DNA of 59,125 nt, filler included, from Catajapyx aquilonaris (GCA_000934665.2; 2 parts of 2 records of this genome joined end to end with filler, not necessarily neighbours in it); one strand, 5' to 3'. Shown: positions 25,755 to 38,683, counted from the first letter of the whole stretch. Numbers and translations are program-made. The notes: generated by a model from the sequence alone, not told the origin.

Positions 25755-26662
25755 CAGGGTGATCCAACTCTATGGCACCAACAGTTATTGGAAAAATCAG
25801 CAAGCTGCTTGTTTATAAGCAGGTCGTTGCTAAGAGATCAATAAGAGATATTTTCTGGAGAATCGGGAATAGCACCTGCTGATATTAGGTCCAATGCCCA
25901 TGTAACAATTAATGAGGGAAAAAAGGGTCATCCGTGGGAAACAGGCTGTTCTGGTGTTCGCTGGAGGGTTTCACATGAGGTCACTAACTGCCAAACCAGA
26001 GGCCTAATCCGTCGGAACTGGACAGACCCGGGTGTGTCAATAAATAGGCCTTCTGGTCTGTTCATTGTTCGCCGCAGTTGGCGCAACTGAGACAGGTCAA
26101 CAGGCAGCGTTGTTTAGTTACCAGTCTTAGCACCTGCTGATATTAGGTCCAATGCCCATACATGTACCAATTAATGAGAGAATGCCCAATGCAGACTGTA
26201 CTGTAAGAACCCTAGAAGCCCTTGGGCGGCCCTCAAACAGGCGCCCTGAGTAAAGCATGTCCTGGTCCTGACTCTACAAGAACTATCTATTTACTGGTAA
26301 CTAAACAACGCTGCCTGTTGACCTGTCTCAGTTGCGCCAACTGCGGCCAACAATGAACAGACCAGAAGGCCTATTTATTGACACACCCGGGTCTGTCCAG
26401 TTCCGACGGATTAGGCCTCTGGTTTGGCAGTTAGTGACCTCATGTGAAACCCTCCAGCGAACACCAGAACAGCCTGTTTCCCACGGATGACCCTTTTTTC
26501 CCTCATTAATTGTTACATGGGCATTGGACCTAATATCAGCAGGTGCTATTCCCGATCTCCAGAAAGTATCTCTTATTGATCTCTTAGCAACGACCTGCTT
26601 ATAAACAAGCAGCTTGCTGATTTTTCCAATAACTGTTGGTGCCATAGAGTTGGATCACCCTG
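25755..26662. mobile_element. Foldback MITE of Tc1/mariner type with about 370-bp near-identical arms
   Basis: TA|CAGGGTGATCCAACTC...GAGTTGGATCACCCTG|TA. Arms 25755-26125 and 26293-26662 differ at only a few positions. Confidence 0.92.
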
Positions 26663-28011
26663 TATATTGGGCCCTTATTGAATTATGGTCTTCAATATAT
26701 TACATATGTGAGGCTTAGCCATAACGCCCTAAGTAAAAGTAAGTGCACGAGAATCAATAAATACTTACATCAACGTTACTAATAATAGTATCGTTTTTGA
26801 AGCTAACTGCTTTCATCCTTGGTCAAAACTAACATAATATCGAAATATGTGGCCGGAACTGGGCAACGTCCCATTTCAATAATTGAAATTTCATAGTCAT
26901 AAAATTAAAAATAATGGGCCGTATTCAGAGTCAACAACAAGAAGTTAGTGCAGTGCTTTAAACCACGTGACCCAGTTCACTAAGAAAAGTCGCATGCAGA
27001 GTCGCGCTTTAGGCCTAGTGCGGACTTAGTGCGATCCTGTTAAAGCGGTGCACTAAGGCAAAACTTAGTGAAGAGGGGCCCCTTCTTTTGCGTCGCACTA
27101 ACCCTTCACTAACCCCGGAGAGGCAATGGAGGCTGGTCTCTCCGCTAATCCAGCCGTACGTGAGGCAGTGCGGTCCTGGCATACATATTTATGGAACAGC
27201 ATTACCCAGCATAAAGTCCTTGAAACTCGCAGATGTTTTGAAACTCTGTAAGTATTTAACAAGTAGCGCACAGTCTCTCTATAAGTCACTAACTAAGGAC
27301 AAAACAGGGGGAGAGGAATCTGAGGGCGACAGTGACTGAGGGCATAATGTTGCTGCCTTGGTGGGAAATGATACTAATATCCCCTCTCAAAACCAAGGAC
27401 GTATGGGAGATATGTGTCATTATTCGGTAAATACCGACATGTATTCAAAAATCTTTTAAGTAGACGACTGTTTGCGTATATCAATGAGTTCATTATTTTG
27501 TGTTAATTATGTCATCATGTGGCAGAACGGCACAGATTTCCTCATCCTCCCATCATTCAGAATGAAAAGAATGTAAGTCCCGTCCCTTTAAATCGCTCGC
27601 ACGCATCTGTAATGACGCGTTTTCCACCGAACTGTGCTCAACATGATGCCGAAGGAGACTAAGATCAACATTTCCGCAAGTCCGACCACCTTGAAGAATT
27701 TACAACGCAGCATATCAGTTTTTTTTTTGCCTCTCCTGTAAAATTAGGTCTCATGGACTTATGCCCTTTCCATTTTGGGTCAATTATTTGAAATAATGCC
27801 GGGCATACCTTCTTCCCCGCCCATGACCAAAACTGCCCAATCCATCAATGTGATCTTTTTTTATCATGATGCAATTTTTGTTAGAGGGTTCATTATGTTA
27901 GCACTTGTTGATCTTGCTTGCAGATATCATATTCTAAAGAAGTGAACCGCAGGCTTCCTCACTACACATACTAAGCACTAAAACCTGTCCTTCCAAGGAA
28001 AAAGAGCGGAG

Positions 28012-28114
28012 ATGGCCAACTTATCAACACTTATGTATGCCATTGTTGCTGTTGTTACAGCTTCATCAGCCGAAATAGATTACTCGTGTGTTCCTGGAGC
28101 TACGTCTTTAGGAA
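28012..28114 (+). CDS. Cytokine receptor (Domeless-like), first coding exon, signal peptide
   Basis: MANLSTLMYAIVAVVTASSA is a hydrophobic leader. Upstream acceptor ttgcag at 27923; donor a|gtaagt, phase 1. Confidence 0.7.
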
Positions 28115-28241
28115 GTAAGTGCAACCCGGCCAATCCCATTGCCTATCTGATCATGTCAGTCTTGAACACTATTGTGGCGGAAAATACCATATGTGACATG
28201 CTTAGTAGAACTCATATCAACTGACATTTCTTTTCCCACAG

Positions 28242-28523
28242 CAACAGTCCCACATGGTACAATTGTGCTTCCTGAGGGAAGTGACCTGGAGATATTTTGT
28301 CACCTCAACCCTAACCTTGAAAGAACTAGAGGCAAAAATTCTAGCGACATGAGCTTCTATTGTAACCAGGAAGAGCTGAATTGGACGCTGGTGACCCCGA
28401 TAAATAGCACCACCATACGTTTATTTATTGCCAACGTGTCCCACTCATATGACTCCTACACCTGCAAGGTCAAGATAGGGGATTCTCCAGAGGGAGTGTG
28501 TAGAAATATGGTGAAAGTTGAAA
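28242..28523 (+). CDS. Cytokine receptor (Domeless-like), N-terminal Ig-like domain exon
   Basis: cag|...a|gtgagt, phase 1-1. P.G.IVL.EGS.LEIFC.LN...NSSD.SF...INSTTIRL.I...Y.CK...VC.N.V.V resembles arthropod type I cytokine receptor N-termini. Several N-glycosylation sequons. Confidence 0.75.
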
Positions 28524-29286
28524 GTGAGTATTTGGGTTTCCCGCTACATCTCCTTTATTATCCCTATTTGTATATCACTTGTGTTGGCACGAACACCATG
28601 TTCACAAGAAAAAGTTTAGCCAGTATACTGGACAGTTTGTCAAGAAATGTCCTCCAATTTCTCGACAAGGCATGAGGATAAAGTTTGGAACACTCATTGC
28701 TTGACTCAAAACAACTCCCAGGCAAATGACTCTCCAAAAATTTGTTATAGCCTATAATTTATAGGTAGAAGACATTTTTATATAATACTAGCAGGTTACC
28801 CGGCGTTGCCCGGGTATGTTGGGGTGCTGGTAAAGATAGGGGTACATATTTGTGATAGATTACCTGCTTGTCTTATAGCGTACAGTCGACACGGATATTC
28901 TGATTGGATGTGTAAAAGGAGGAATGCGGATGGAGTTGGCCCAGGAAAAGACTACCCTACACAGCCATGTGTTTTTTCCCCTGCATTTTTGANCACTTCA
29001 CACCCCCACCTCGTTCCATAATTATGTTTGCTCTGAAGAACTTTAGAAATGTACGTACAGATGTATGATGGGAAATTTTGTTTTCAACACGGAGTAATAT
29101 TTTGCAAGTACTATATTATTTAATTGTATTTACCTTGTCTGGAAGTCTAGTTTCAAATCCCACAAAATCCCAGAATTACCATAAGATACGATGTCACGTG
29201 AGGTGGCCAATTAGCGTAATTGGTGGAAGCGCTGAATTTACGGAGATGGTTTAATTTGCTAGGTATTGTGGCATAAGGGCATTTCC

Positions 29287-29539
29287 GAGAGGAGACAAAG
29301 TGGCGCTGCGGAAACGTCGGGTTCGAACCCAGCCCGGGGTTCCCTCCTTCATCCCGTGCAGAGTTGGGTCGTCTCAGGTGGAATCTCCTCAGACTAATCC
29401 ACCCGGGGGAGTTCACAAAATATACCGTTTGAGAATTGCACTTGCACCTTGCACATCCCCTCCCAGTCACCCTGCCCGTGGGCCCGGGCGCTACGTCAAA
29501 AAGGTTCCATCAAGACGAAATAAAGGTTCCCTCCCTGCG
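29287..29539 (+). mobile_element. tRNA-derived SINE (same family as 12464-12774), running up to the gap
   Basis: B box GGTTCGAACCC. Shared core GTGCAGAGTTGGG...GACTAATCCACC.GGGGGAGTTCACAAAAT...TTGCACATCCCCTCC. Confidence 0.7.
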
Positions 29540-29639
29540 NNNNNNNNNNNNNNNNNNNNNNNNNNNNNNNNNNNNNNNNNNNNTTAATTAATTAANNNNN
29601 NNNNNNNNNNNNNNNNNNNNNNNNNNNNNNNNNNNNNNN
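29540..29639. other. Assembly gap with artificial six-frame-stop spacer
   Basis: N-run, then TTAATTAATTAA, then N-run; 100 nt in total. Confidence 0.95.
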
Positions 29640-30570
29640 TATGAACAAAAATCCCAAATCCCAGACCAAGGCTAGTTCCCCATTAGATATCAACTGTCAC
29701 ACCTAGGGCATGTTTTTGTAAATGACACAATTTAATCAATGAGTACGTTGTTAAACGGCTGTGGCAGCGAAACAAAAGTGTAACAATAAAAGAACAATAT
29801 TACTTATTGTTTTTTATTGTCTTTTGTTTCGCTCCCTCAGCCGCTAAGTTTAACAACGCACTCAATAATTCCCCAGATCATTAAAAATTTGCATGTATGG
29901 ATCTGGTTCTGCAACTTTCGCCGACTTCATTTATTTTACTTTTTCGCACATCATGACTGCAAAAATCTACCATTGTCAGAAATGTTAAAATAAAAAGTTG
30001 GGAAGGTTCCTTGTGCATGCTGTGGCCATTTCAAATGCAAACAAATATGCAAATTCTCCATATCAAGCCCAGCGGGTGGATTCATCAAATGTTGTCAGTC
30101 TAATTTTTGTTGTAACTGGACGTAACCAGAGTTAGTTAATTATTAGTAACTCTGGTTACTACTGGTTACGATGATGAGGCTGATAATGGGGTATCAAAAT
30201 TATTATACTGGTTACGATGAAAATTTGACTTACGACATTTGATGAATCCAACTCCAGGTTTTAACAACTCAGAACATATCCGACTTTCACTTTTCATCTA
30301 TTATTATTAGGCAAGACTTCTAATAATCCATGTGAACCACTGCAGATTTGATCCTGCACATGTGCAACAAAAACAACAACAACAAAAAATCCCCAAAATG
30401 TACGAAACTGGTAATGTAAAAATGCGGCCAATTGCTAGAACCTACATCTCAGTACAGCATACTATACAATTTCAAAATTCTCCCAATACGTAAAACTCTA
30501 CTCGCACATGATCTTATGGAGCGATCCACGTATGTAAGTTGGAGACTGCCTGTGTTCATCTGCAGGCCTA

Positions 30571-31051
30571 TTTACGCCCTCACGATTCGAGCCTCAAGGC
30601 CTCTACACAAATTCGGCAGAAGGCTGAGCGGGCGGAAAACATGCGATTTGGGTGCGGAATGAGAGTGGCAATTCACAAATTTGGCGGTGGCGCTGCGGAC
30701 AGAAATTGGTGCTGTGGGAATCGCTCAAGTCCAACCAGATGGACTTGTGCGATCGCCACCGCATAGGTTCTGCGCCCCAAACCACGCCCCCAAACGCACT
30801 CTTGCCGCCTGCTCACCCTTCCGCCGAATTTGTGTAGCACCCTTCAGTCTCAAGACCAGACGCTTTGTGACTGACAAGAATGGGTACCCCTAGGTCTGGT
30901 CGGGACAACTGGAGGCATGTGACAGTTTCTATATTGGTCAGTTTGGCGGTTGCATGCCTCCAGTCATTCTGACCAGACCTAGGGTAACCCATTCTTGTCA
31001 GTCGCAAAGCGTCTGGTCATGCAACCGAGACTCGAATCGTGAGGGCATAAA
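30571..31051. mobile_element. Nested MITEs: PIF/Harbinger-like element (30597-30843) inside an older foldback
   Basis: Inner TIR CTACACAAATTCGGC with 3-bp TSD TCA (30594-30596 and 30844-30846). Outer arms GCCCTCACGATTCGAG/CTCGAATCGTGAGGGC plus a hairpin at 30853-31018. Confidence 0.7.
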
Positions 31052-32413
31052 CATGCTCTTAGGATCAACAAGCATCATCATGTTGTACACAGTTTTGCCG
31101 TCCCAAGGTAAAATACCTTAACTTCAAAACTAATTTGGGTGAAAGTCGCATTCACACCCATGCACACGACCTTCACCATTACGCATTTTGAAGTTAGGGT
31201 GTTTCACCTTGGGATGGCAGAGTTGTAAGCATCAAGATGTGGATGCGTGAATCTATTGCTGTACATGATTGTTTTACAAATGCAACGGAGTGTGCACGGC
31301 GTGCATGATGGGCATCATCAATGAGTTGGAAAGAGGGTGAACTGTGCTGCGCTTATTTCCTACTCTACACTTGGGGAGAAACAAAATGGGTCATGCTTGC
31401 AAAAGCACGAGAAGGTTCCCGCGGAGTAACCATGGAGTAACCATCATGACACTGTGACGGCAGAGTGCTTGCCTTTAGGCTCGTAGCGATTTGCCAGTAA
31501 CAGCTCATTAAAAACCGCAGCTACTGCAAGGAACAGGTGGGACCGGGGGCCGTGCGAATTCTGTCACGATCGTTACTCTGCTGTTACTCGCTCTATGCAA
31601 ACGCACTGAAATTAACTCAGAGGCACCGGTCTACGGTCCTCATGCTTGCGACTGTACCTATTATGGAACCACCAGGAAGCACAAGATTGATCAGGCTTGC
31701 TATTTGAAACCGCATTGGTGGCTGGTGCGACCGCATCATTACTTTCTGCATTACTGCCATGCTGATGTCGCATTGCCTGTTGATGACCATAGTAAGCTGT
31801 GCCGCTAACGTGCTTACTCGCCCATTGCGGCCGTGACAGGGTGGCAACCCACTCCCGGCTTACTTCCACCAGTGTTGCTGTACCGTTGCAGCAGCAAAAT
31901 CCCCAACAAAAACCCTGCATGCATTGACCGGAAAACCCAACATTCCACGGGCCAAAACTGGGCGCCACCCCTTATCCCTCCCCCCCTTGAAGAATGTTCG
32001 AGAAGGAATGACCTGCACGGGCCGCCCCCAACGGCAAAAGCCCTCGCTCACCTACCTGGACCCCCGCATTGGCCCCGAGGCGGCCCCTGGTCCGAACAGA
32101 AAGCAGCCCCCACGTACCACACCAGCGCAAACTGCGTCGTCATCGCTCACCGGCGAGGCTGTAGTGCTGTAGAGAGGGTGTCAGCGCCCGACGCCTCATG
32201 CGGCCAGAACCCGCACTTACCAGTTAGACTACCCGTGTGCAGATGGCGGGGCAGTCACATCGAAATATCAGGAATCGAAGTTGCGCCAAGGTTGCGCCTC
32301 GAAGCAGCGAGCCGCCATGTTTGTCCCCATTCAGTTTGCACTGACCAAAGATGGCGGGGTCCACACCGGTTGACGCAACCTCCATATGCGATGAGGTTCT
32401 GCTCCTTCCCGCT

Positions 32414-32863
32414 CAGTGTTACCAGATGTACCATAATTATGGTATTCATACCATATTTTCGGGTTCCGTACCATGTACCATAATGGTACGCAAAAAGTAC
32501 CTTATTTTGTCATGTCCAATGTTACTCTGTAATTCCACTTCCATGAAAAAAGTGATACCAATTTAACCACATATACACCTATTCAGATCTCCCAGTAGGT
32601 TACATTCACCAAAACTTGTGTGACCTTGAACCTAAAAAAAAATCGCCTGCGGCGCGCTTTTCCCTCCCCGCCAGTACTTTACTACTTTCCCCGGTTTCGA
32701 CTACTTTATCATGTTTAACTTTTTAATTACGGCTATTTAAATTTAAATTGTCTTTAATTAACATTAATTACACCATTTTTGAAATGTACCATCTTTTCCG
32801 GAAAAGTACCATTAATTTCGAGGGTTGGTACCATTTACTCGATCTCACGATCTGGCAACTCTG
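32414..32863. mobile_element. hAT-type MITE
   Basis: TIR CAGTGTTACCAGAT/ATCTGGCAACTCTG. 8-bp TSD TTCCCGCT (32406-32413 and 32864-32871). GTACCAT subterminal repeats. Confidence 0.85.
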
Positions 32864-33452
32864 TTCCCGCTGCAGTAAGCGTGTGGCGCTGTCTACTTTC
32901 CCTTTCGTTCTCTACTCGCCCCTGGCAAGATGCAGCTTGTTCCGTCGGCTGGTCTGCCCTTCCACCGGGGCCTGCCCCTCCTCTGCCCCTGGGTATTGGG
33001 TCTGCGGCTTGGGCTTGCACCGAACCTAGCTCCTTCATCGACACCGGAAGGACAAGGAATGGCGGGCTGACCACACGCTGAGTCTGCAGGCTTACTCCCC
33101 GGGCCTGCCCCTGATGCCGCCCCTCCGTCGCCCCTGGGCCACCCGCCGTGTCTGCAGCCCCCAGCTGGACAGTGGAGAACCCCAGGTGAGCATCCAAGGG
33201 CCATGAATTTAGAGGGGGGGAGTAGCCGCAAATGGTGTTTAGCTGTGTTGTTGATCCCTCTGACGTAGGCTAGGGTGGGATTTGGAAGCCAAAATGTTTT
33301 CCCCGATAGAAGCAGGTTGGGGGAGGTAGGAATTACTGGTTTATTTTTAGTATAAAAAAAATAATTTGCACTTAAAATCTTGTAATAAGGCCACGTTTAC
33401 ATGTGGTCGATGTGATCATTGATGTGCAGCAATGTACTGTGGCAGCCAAATG

Positions 33453-34317
33453 TAGGGTTGTGAACCGAACCGTGAACCCGATAACATTGAACCCGCTCCA
33501 GAGCAGTAGAGTCGGGTTCAGAGCGAGCGTCGGAACGGGTTCAGGTTCAAGCCCGTTCAGGGAGAGAGTGGACCCAAGGTCGGAACGGGTTCGGTTCAAG
33601 CCAACGGGTTCTGGAGCGGGTTCGGAGCGTGTTCGGAGCGTGTTCGGAGCAGTTCAAAGCTTGGTTAGGTACAACACACCAACCCAACAGGGGAAAAGGC
33701 AGTAATACCGCTGGATTTACTCCAGAGTATGCATCATGTTTTCATGGTGGGAGAATGGCATTTTCAAGCACCCGCACAACAGGGTGTACCTCAAATGTCA
33801 CATTTTGATGCCCTACACATTTTTGTATGCCACAATATGTCAGACGCACTTTTGTATGCCACAATATGTCAGAGGCCTACCCATTTTTTGGATGTCACAT
33901 TTTCATGTCATGCGCATTTTTTGTATGTTACAATATTGTAACATACAAAAAATGCATATGACATAAAAATGTGACATCCAAAAATGGGTAGGACAAATTG
34001 TGACATACTAAAATGCGTATGACATATTGTAACGTTCATTTAAAAAATGCCTATGACATGAAAATGTGACATACAACAAATGCGCATGACATGAGAATGT
34101 GACATCCAAAAATATGGGTAGGCCTCTGACATGTTGTGGCATACAAAAGTGCGTATGACATATTGCGGCATACAAAAATCCATATGACATATATTATTGT
34201 AATGTATAAAAATGGTTATGGCATCAATATGTGACATTTGCGGTACACCCTGCATCGCGGGTGCTTGGAAATGTCATTCTCCCACCATGAAAACACGATG
34301 GTTTTACTGCCTTTCCT
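33453..34317 (+). mobile_element. hAT-like palindromic element (family of 1-807), right end truncated
   Basis: Starts TAGGGTTGTGAACCGAACCG. Inverted arms around ...ATGTTACAATATTGTAACAT... (centre about 33934), built from ATGCCACAATATGTCA-type subrepeats. Confidence 0.75.
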
Positions 34318-34631
34318 CGATCTGGCCCAGGTCGATCGATATGCAACAATTCGATGCAACACCGTTGCTATGCATTGTGGGTTCTTGTTGACATTCACCG
34401 CGCGCATCTGTTGGTGCCTTGTGCGTGCGTCTTCGATCTATTCCAGGTAGATCCTACGCGCAAACACATTCCACAAGTACGACCGGTACCCAATCACAGG
34501 CCCCGTGGTCGGTCACGTGGGATCCCCCTGCATGCCACGCCCACTGTCCTCTTCTTTTGGCACCCCTGCCAATTGACCACTTAAAAGTTTCCCGCATGTA
34601 TAGAGGCGAAATCTGGCGTGCTGTCAAAGAG

Positions 34632-35566
34632 CGCCTTGTGGCGATTGCGGCTCACTTTGCGCCGTCACTGTGAGGCGCCTATTGGGACTAATAATATGCA
34701 ATGCATACGAAATGAAAGCCCCACTCAAGCCTCGTCTCATGCCGTATATCTCCATCGGAGAGGTTGAGCAGGGAATCGGTTACACGAGGACATACAAAAC
34801 CCTACCCTTTGTCATTGCTTCTCGCCGCAAGTGCAGTTTATGTTACTATACATCACTCACACAACCACATAAAAATGTTCCAAATTTTAATGTTGTCAAG
34901 ACAATCTTCCTTTGCAAATTACACCAACTCGGGGCGGATTATCGAGGTTGATTTAATTATTCGAAAATAAAAAAGTGAGCACGAGTGATATCATATCACA
35001 GCAGCTTGAGTTAGGTACAGTTCTGGTCATATATCGAGGCAACCGCCAGCGACATTTTCCGAAGCGACAGAAGAAGGAATGATGCTCGCCCATGCTTGAA
35101 GTAAGCTTATCTTCGATTCCTTCTTCTGCCGCTTCGGAAAATGTCGCTGGCGGTTGCCTCGATATATGACCAGAACTGTACCTAACTCAAGCTGCTGTGA
35201 TATGATATCACTCGTGCTCACTTTTTTATTTTCGAATAATTAAATCAACCTCGATAATCCGCCCCGAGTTGGTGTAATTTGCAGAGGAAGATTGTCTTGA
35301 CAACATATCAAAATTTGGAACATTTTTATGTGGTTGTGTGAGTGATGTATAGTAACACAAACTGCACTTGCGGGGAGAAGCAATGACAAAGGGTAGGGTT
35401 TTGTATGTCCTCGTGTAACCGATTCCCTGCTCAACCTCTCCGATGGAGATATACGGCATGAGACGGGGCATGAGTGGGGCTTTTATTTCGTATGCATTGC
35501 GTATTTTTAGTCCCAATAGGCGCCTCACAGTGACAACGCAAAGCGAGCCGCAATCGCAATAAGGCG
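34632..35566. repeat. Near-perfect inverted repeat: arms of about 450 bp with a 35-nt loop
   Basis: 34632-35080 is the reverse complement of 35116-35566. The ORF track shows the same peptides on both strands (34670+ vs 35528-). Confidence 0.92.
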
Positions 35567-37145
35567 AGAGAGGGCGGCGAAAAAAGTGGCTTCCAGCGGA
35601 CTTGAACGCAGAGACTTTGGATCACGAGGTGGACGCGCTACGGACTGAGCCGCGAAGGCTGTTTATAATTTCTTCCGCCGAATGCCCCCATTGTCACCGT
35701 GCAGATTTGCCGGGCACGTATAGTCGCCCATATCTCGAAAACGCTTGGCTAATGCCACTAATTACTTTCACCAATGAATTTCTGGCCTGCGATTTACCTG
35801 TAGTGTCATTTTCAGGCCGATTGGCCGATACCTTTACAGACACTTCCCTTGGAACTTTTTGGCTATTCATTTTTTATTAGGTTATTTTTAAAACGTTTGG
35901 TTCATTTGTAATGACACCATGTAACATTTTTATTCTCCATGGGAATATTTCGTCGCCATTTCCTTAGGTCCTCTGGCCCTCAATAACTCATAAGGACAGT
36001 TCATTCTGCCAGGATTTTGACGGTTTTTGACCTTTAGCCTACAAAATTCATCGAAATATAGGGGTCATTCAGAATCTAGGGGGACTGAAATGTTGCTCGA
36101 CCATCTTGGATGTTCCTTGAAAAATATCACAGCCATGTACTATCACCAGCAAAAAGAATGGCATACCTTCTTTTGTTTTTCTGTGTTTATGTGTTGGCTA
36201 TCCTGGCGCTGCCAGGTAACCGTGGTTGATTATTTTGCGATATTTCGGAATCCACAACACCGTGATCACGGGTCACGGTCCCATGGCCGCACGGTCCGGG
36301 TCTCGGGAGGCTATAGTCGCAATAGGCAGGTAGTAGCCTGTATGGTGATGAGCAGGCTGCCGCAGGGCCAATTAACCTCAGGCATCAGGCGTGGAATTAG
36401 CCTAATTTATAGTAGCAAACCCGTGTGTAGTGTCTGTACATATGTTGAACTTGGTGTCAGTCAACGTACACGGAAGTGATCGAAAGCGGAGGGATAATGG
36501 ACAGTGTTATGCAATAACCAACAAAAATGTCAAAATTGAATTATGTCCAGGAACATACACCCAAAGGATAGTACCAGTACTTCATTCAGTTAAAATCAAG
36601 GTGGCGAAATCTCCATACTTCTGCCACAAATGACCGAAAAGTTAACTCACGAATGGTGTGCATGGACGGTGTTATGCAATGATTTGTCAACCCACAAAAA
36701 TGTCAAAACGTTTTCTGTGACTTCTTTCTCGAGTGTCCGCAAAATAAATGGAACTGTCAAAATGAGCGTGATAGTACCCGATCCGAAATTAGGAAATTAG
36801 GTAGCCGAAATTAGGAACATGACAACTTTCTACTATGGCTGCTGGTGCGCATCGACAAGTTGCAGCATGATTTCGATACTTTAAAACATGCAGATAAACA
36901 GTGTAAGCAACATCATGGGCTAAAATAAATTATCGAATAGCATAGCTTAATTTCTGGGAACTGATGGCCAATAATAGCATGCTCTGCAGTCCACCATGCG
37001 ATTAGAAACAAACTGGTGTCAAAGGTTGCACAACGCATGGAGGTTCGTGTCAGTGCTGCGAGCTCACCAATTCTGTCTTTGTGACATTTTGCGACTGTCA
37101 CCGGCAATTTTCAACACGTTGCCACGGAGATAACATGATGGGCGG

Positions 37146-38091
37146 AATGGGGAACTAGCCTTCATTTTGGAAACTATATAATAAATTCGCCCATATTTTT
37201 TGGGATTTTTTTTTGGCATATTTCGTTTTAAGAAATCAGTTTCAATTCCGGAGTAATTCGGGTTTTTTCGAAGGGAAATGGTGACGTCACTGTTTCCCTC
37301 GAAAATGTTGCCGTCACGCAAAGTGAAATGAACGCAAAAATGATGTTATAGAACGCGCCCCGGCAGGGTCGTAAATTTGTTCGTTGTACCGTGGTTGTAC
37401 GGTTGTACTGTGCTGGACATTTTAGCAGTCCAAGTGTTGACTTAGTTGCCAGGTAACAGGCGAGTTCTTACTCTAAAGGCCGCTTCACAAACTCGGCGTT
37501 GCGTAAGCGGGGCGTGTGGGCCTCCGCTCATCGTACGCAGAAAGTCCACCCGGTTGGACGCCAGTGCAACGCCCGCGCTCGGTCATCGCACGCAGCATTT
37601 GTGAATAGCCCTTCGCAAATTTTCCACGCTCAACATGCCCCGCTGGCGCAAATCCGAGTTTGTAAAACGGGCATTTCGCCCCGCTTTCGCAACGCCGAGT
37701 TTGTGAAGCGGCCATAAGCCGCTCAAACCGCTTCGTGCGTGGCAGTGATGCCAGCAGCTCCGAATTATCTGTCTCCCGAATTAAGCACATAAAGGCCCCC
37801 TTTCTCCACCTCAATGGCCTACAGCCGCCTTGCGAATGCTTTCCGTCGTGTCCGCGGTTAATTCAAAGTCAAATTTCTCATATCTCGCAGTCAACCAGGC
37901 ATTTCAGTGTACCCTTTCGATTGGCACCACCCGGCTGCCCCGTTTTTCCCGCCAATTTTGAAGGCACTTTTAAATATGCCGTAATTTATCCAGTAATGTC
38001 ATTTTGATGCAATACTATGTGTGTTTACAGGCATGGGCTAGCTTGTTATGAACAAAAATCCCAGATCCCAGACCAAGGCTAGTTCCCCATT
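37146..38091. mobile_element. MITE (family of 11734-12412) carrying a nested GGCC-ended MITE at 37478-37713
   Basis: TIR AATGGGGAACTAGCCTT. The nested element has TIR GGCCGCTTCACAAACTCGGCGTTGCG and is absent from the copy at 11734. Confidence 0.8.
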
Positions 38092-38409
38092 AGGTGTATG
38101 GTCGAAATATGGACCCTTTCCCCTATAGGCGCATGAATATTTGGATAGGTGAATACAGCTGCATTTACATATGCGAGTGAGCAATGAATCCAATTGTTCG
38201 AGCGATTGTAACAATCGTGGTAACAAATAAATTTTTCTCTCCAAACAATTGCATTCATCGCTCAGTGATAACATCGCTGATCAAATCACTCACATGTAAA
38301 TGCAGCTGAAAATTTCGATGCAGGTTCATAAAAAATATGTTCCCCTGAGTAAGGCTGCATTGACAAGTGAGTGATTTGCTCACCAATCCATTTTTGCCCC
38401 CAAACAATT

Positions 38410-38658
38410 GAGTGGGTCAGAATAATAATGGCATATCCCAATCACAAATGTTTTTGAGATATTCGAGGTTTAAATGTGTGCAGAATAATACTTTTTAATG
38501 TAGTCATATCAATGTAAATGTGGATTTAATAGAAATGTATGGCTCCAAACTGGCTCCAACTTATGGACCTGATTCATTGATGTATCTTGCAATCACAGCC
38601 ACCAAAAACTCAAATTCGACCCTTGGGTGGGATATGCCATTATTATTCTGACCCACTC
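38410..38658. mobile_element. MITE with GAG...CTC ends and AATT flanks (Sola-like)
   Basis: AATT|GAGTGGGTCAGAATAATAATGGCATATCCCA ... TGGGATATGCCATTATTATTCTGACCCACTC|AATT. Confidence 0.7.
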
Positions 38659-38683
38659 AATTGGTTTCATTGCTGAGCGAATG

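Noticed and set aside
28787..28815. Helitron-like head TACTAGC...ACCCGGCGTTGCCCGGGT (similar at about 23208)
   Set aside because: The other end could not be located, so no element was called.
31600..33230. GC-rich ORFs (for example 31833-32483) as host genes
   Set aside because: No recognisable domain, and interrupted by a hAT MITE. At most a decayed retroelement (QPPY motif).
34670..35528. Paired ORFs of about 95 aa on opposite strands as a duplicated gene
   Set aside because: By-product of the inverted repeat; GTG starts and no domain.
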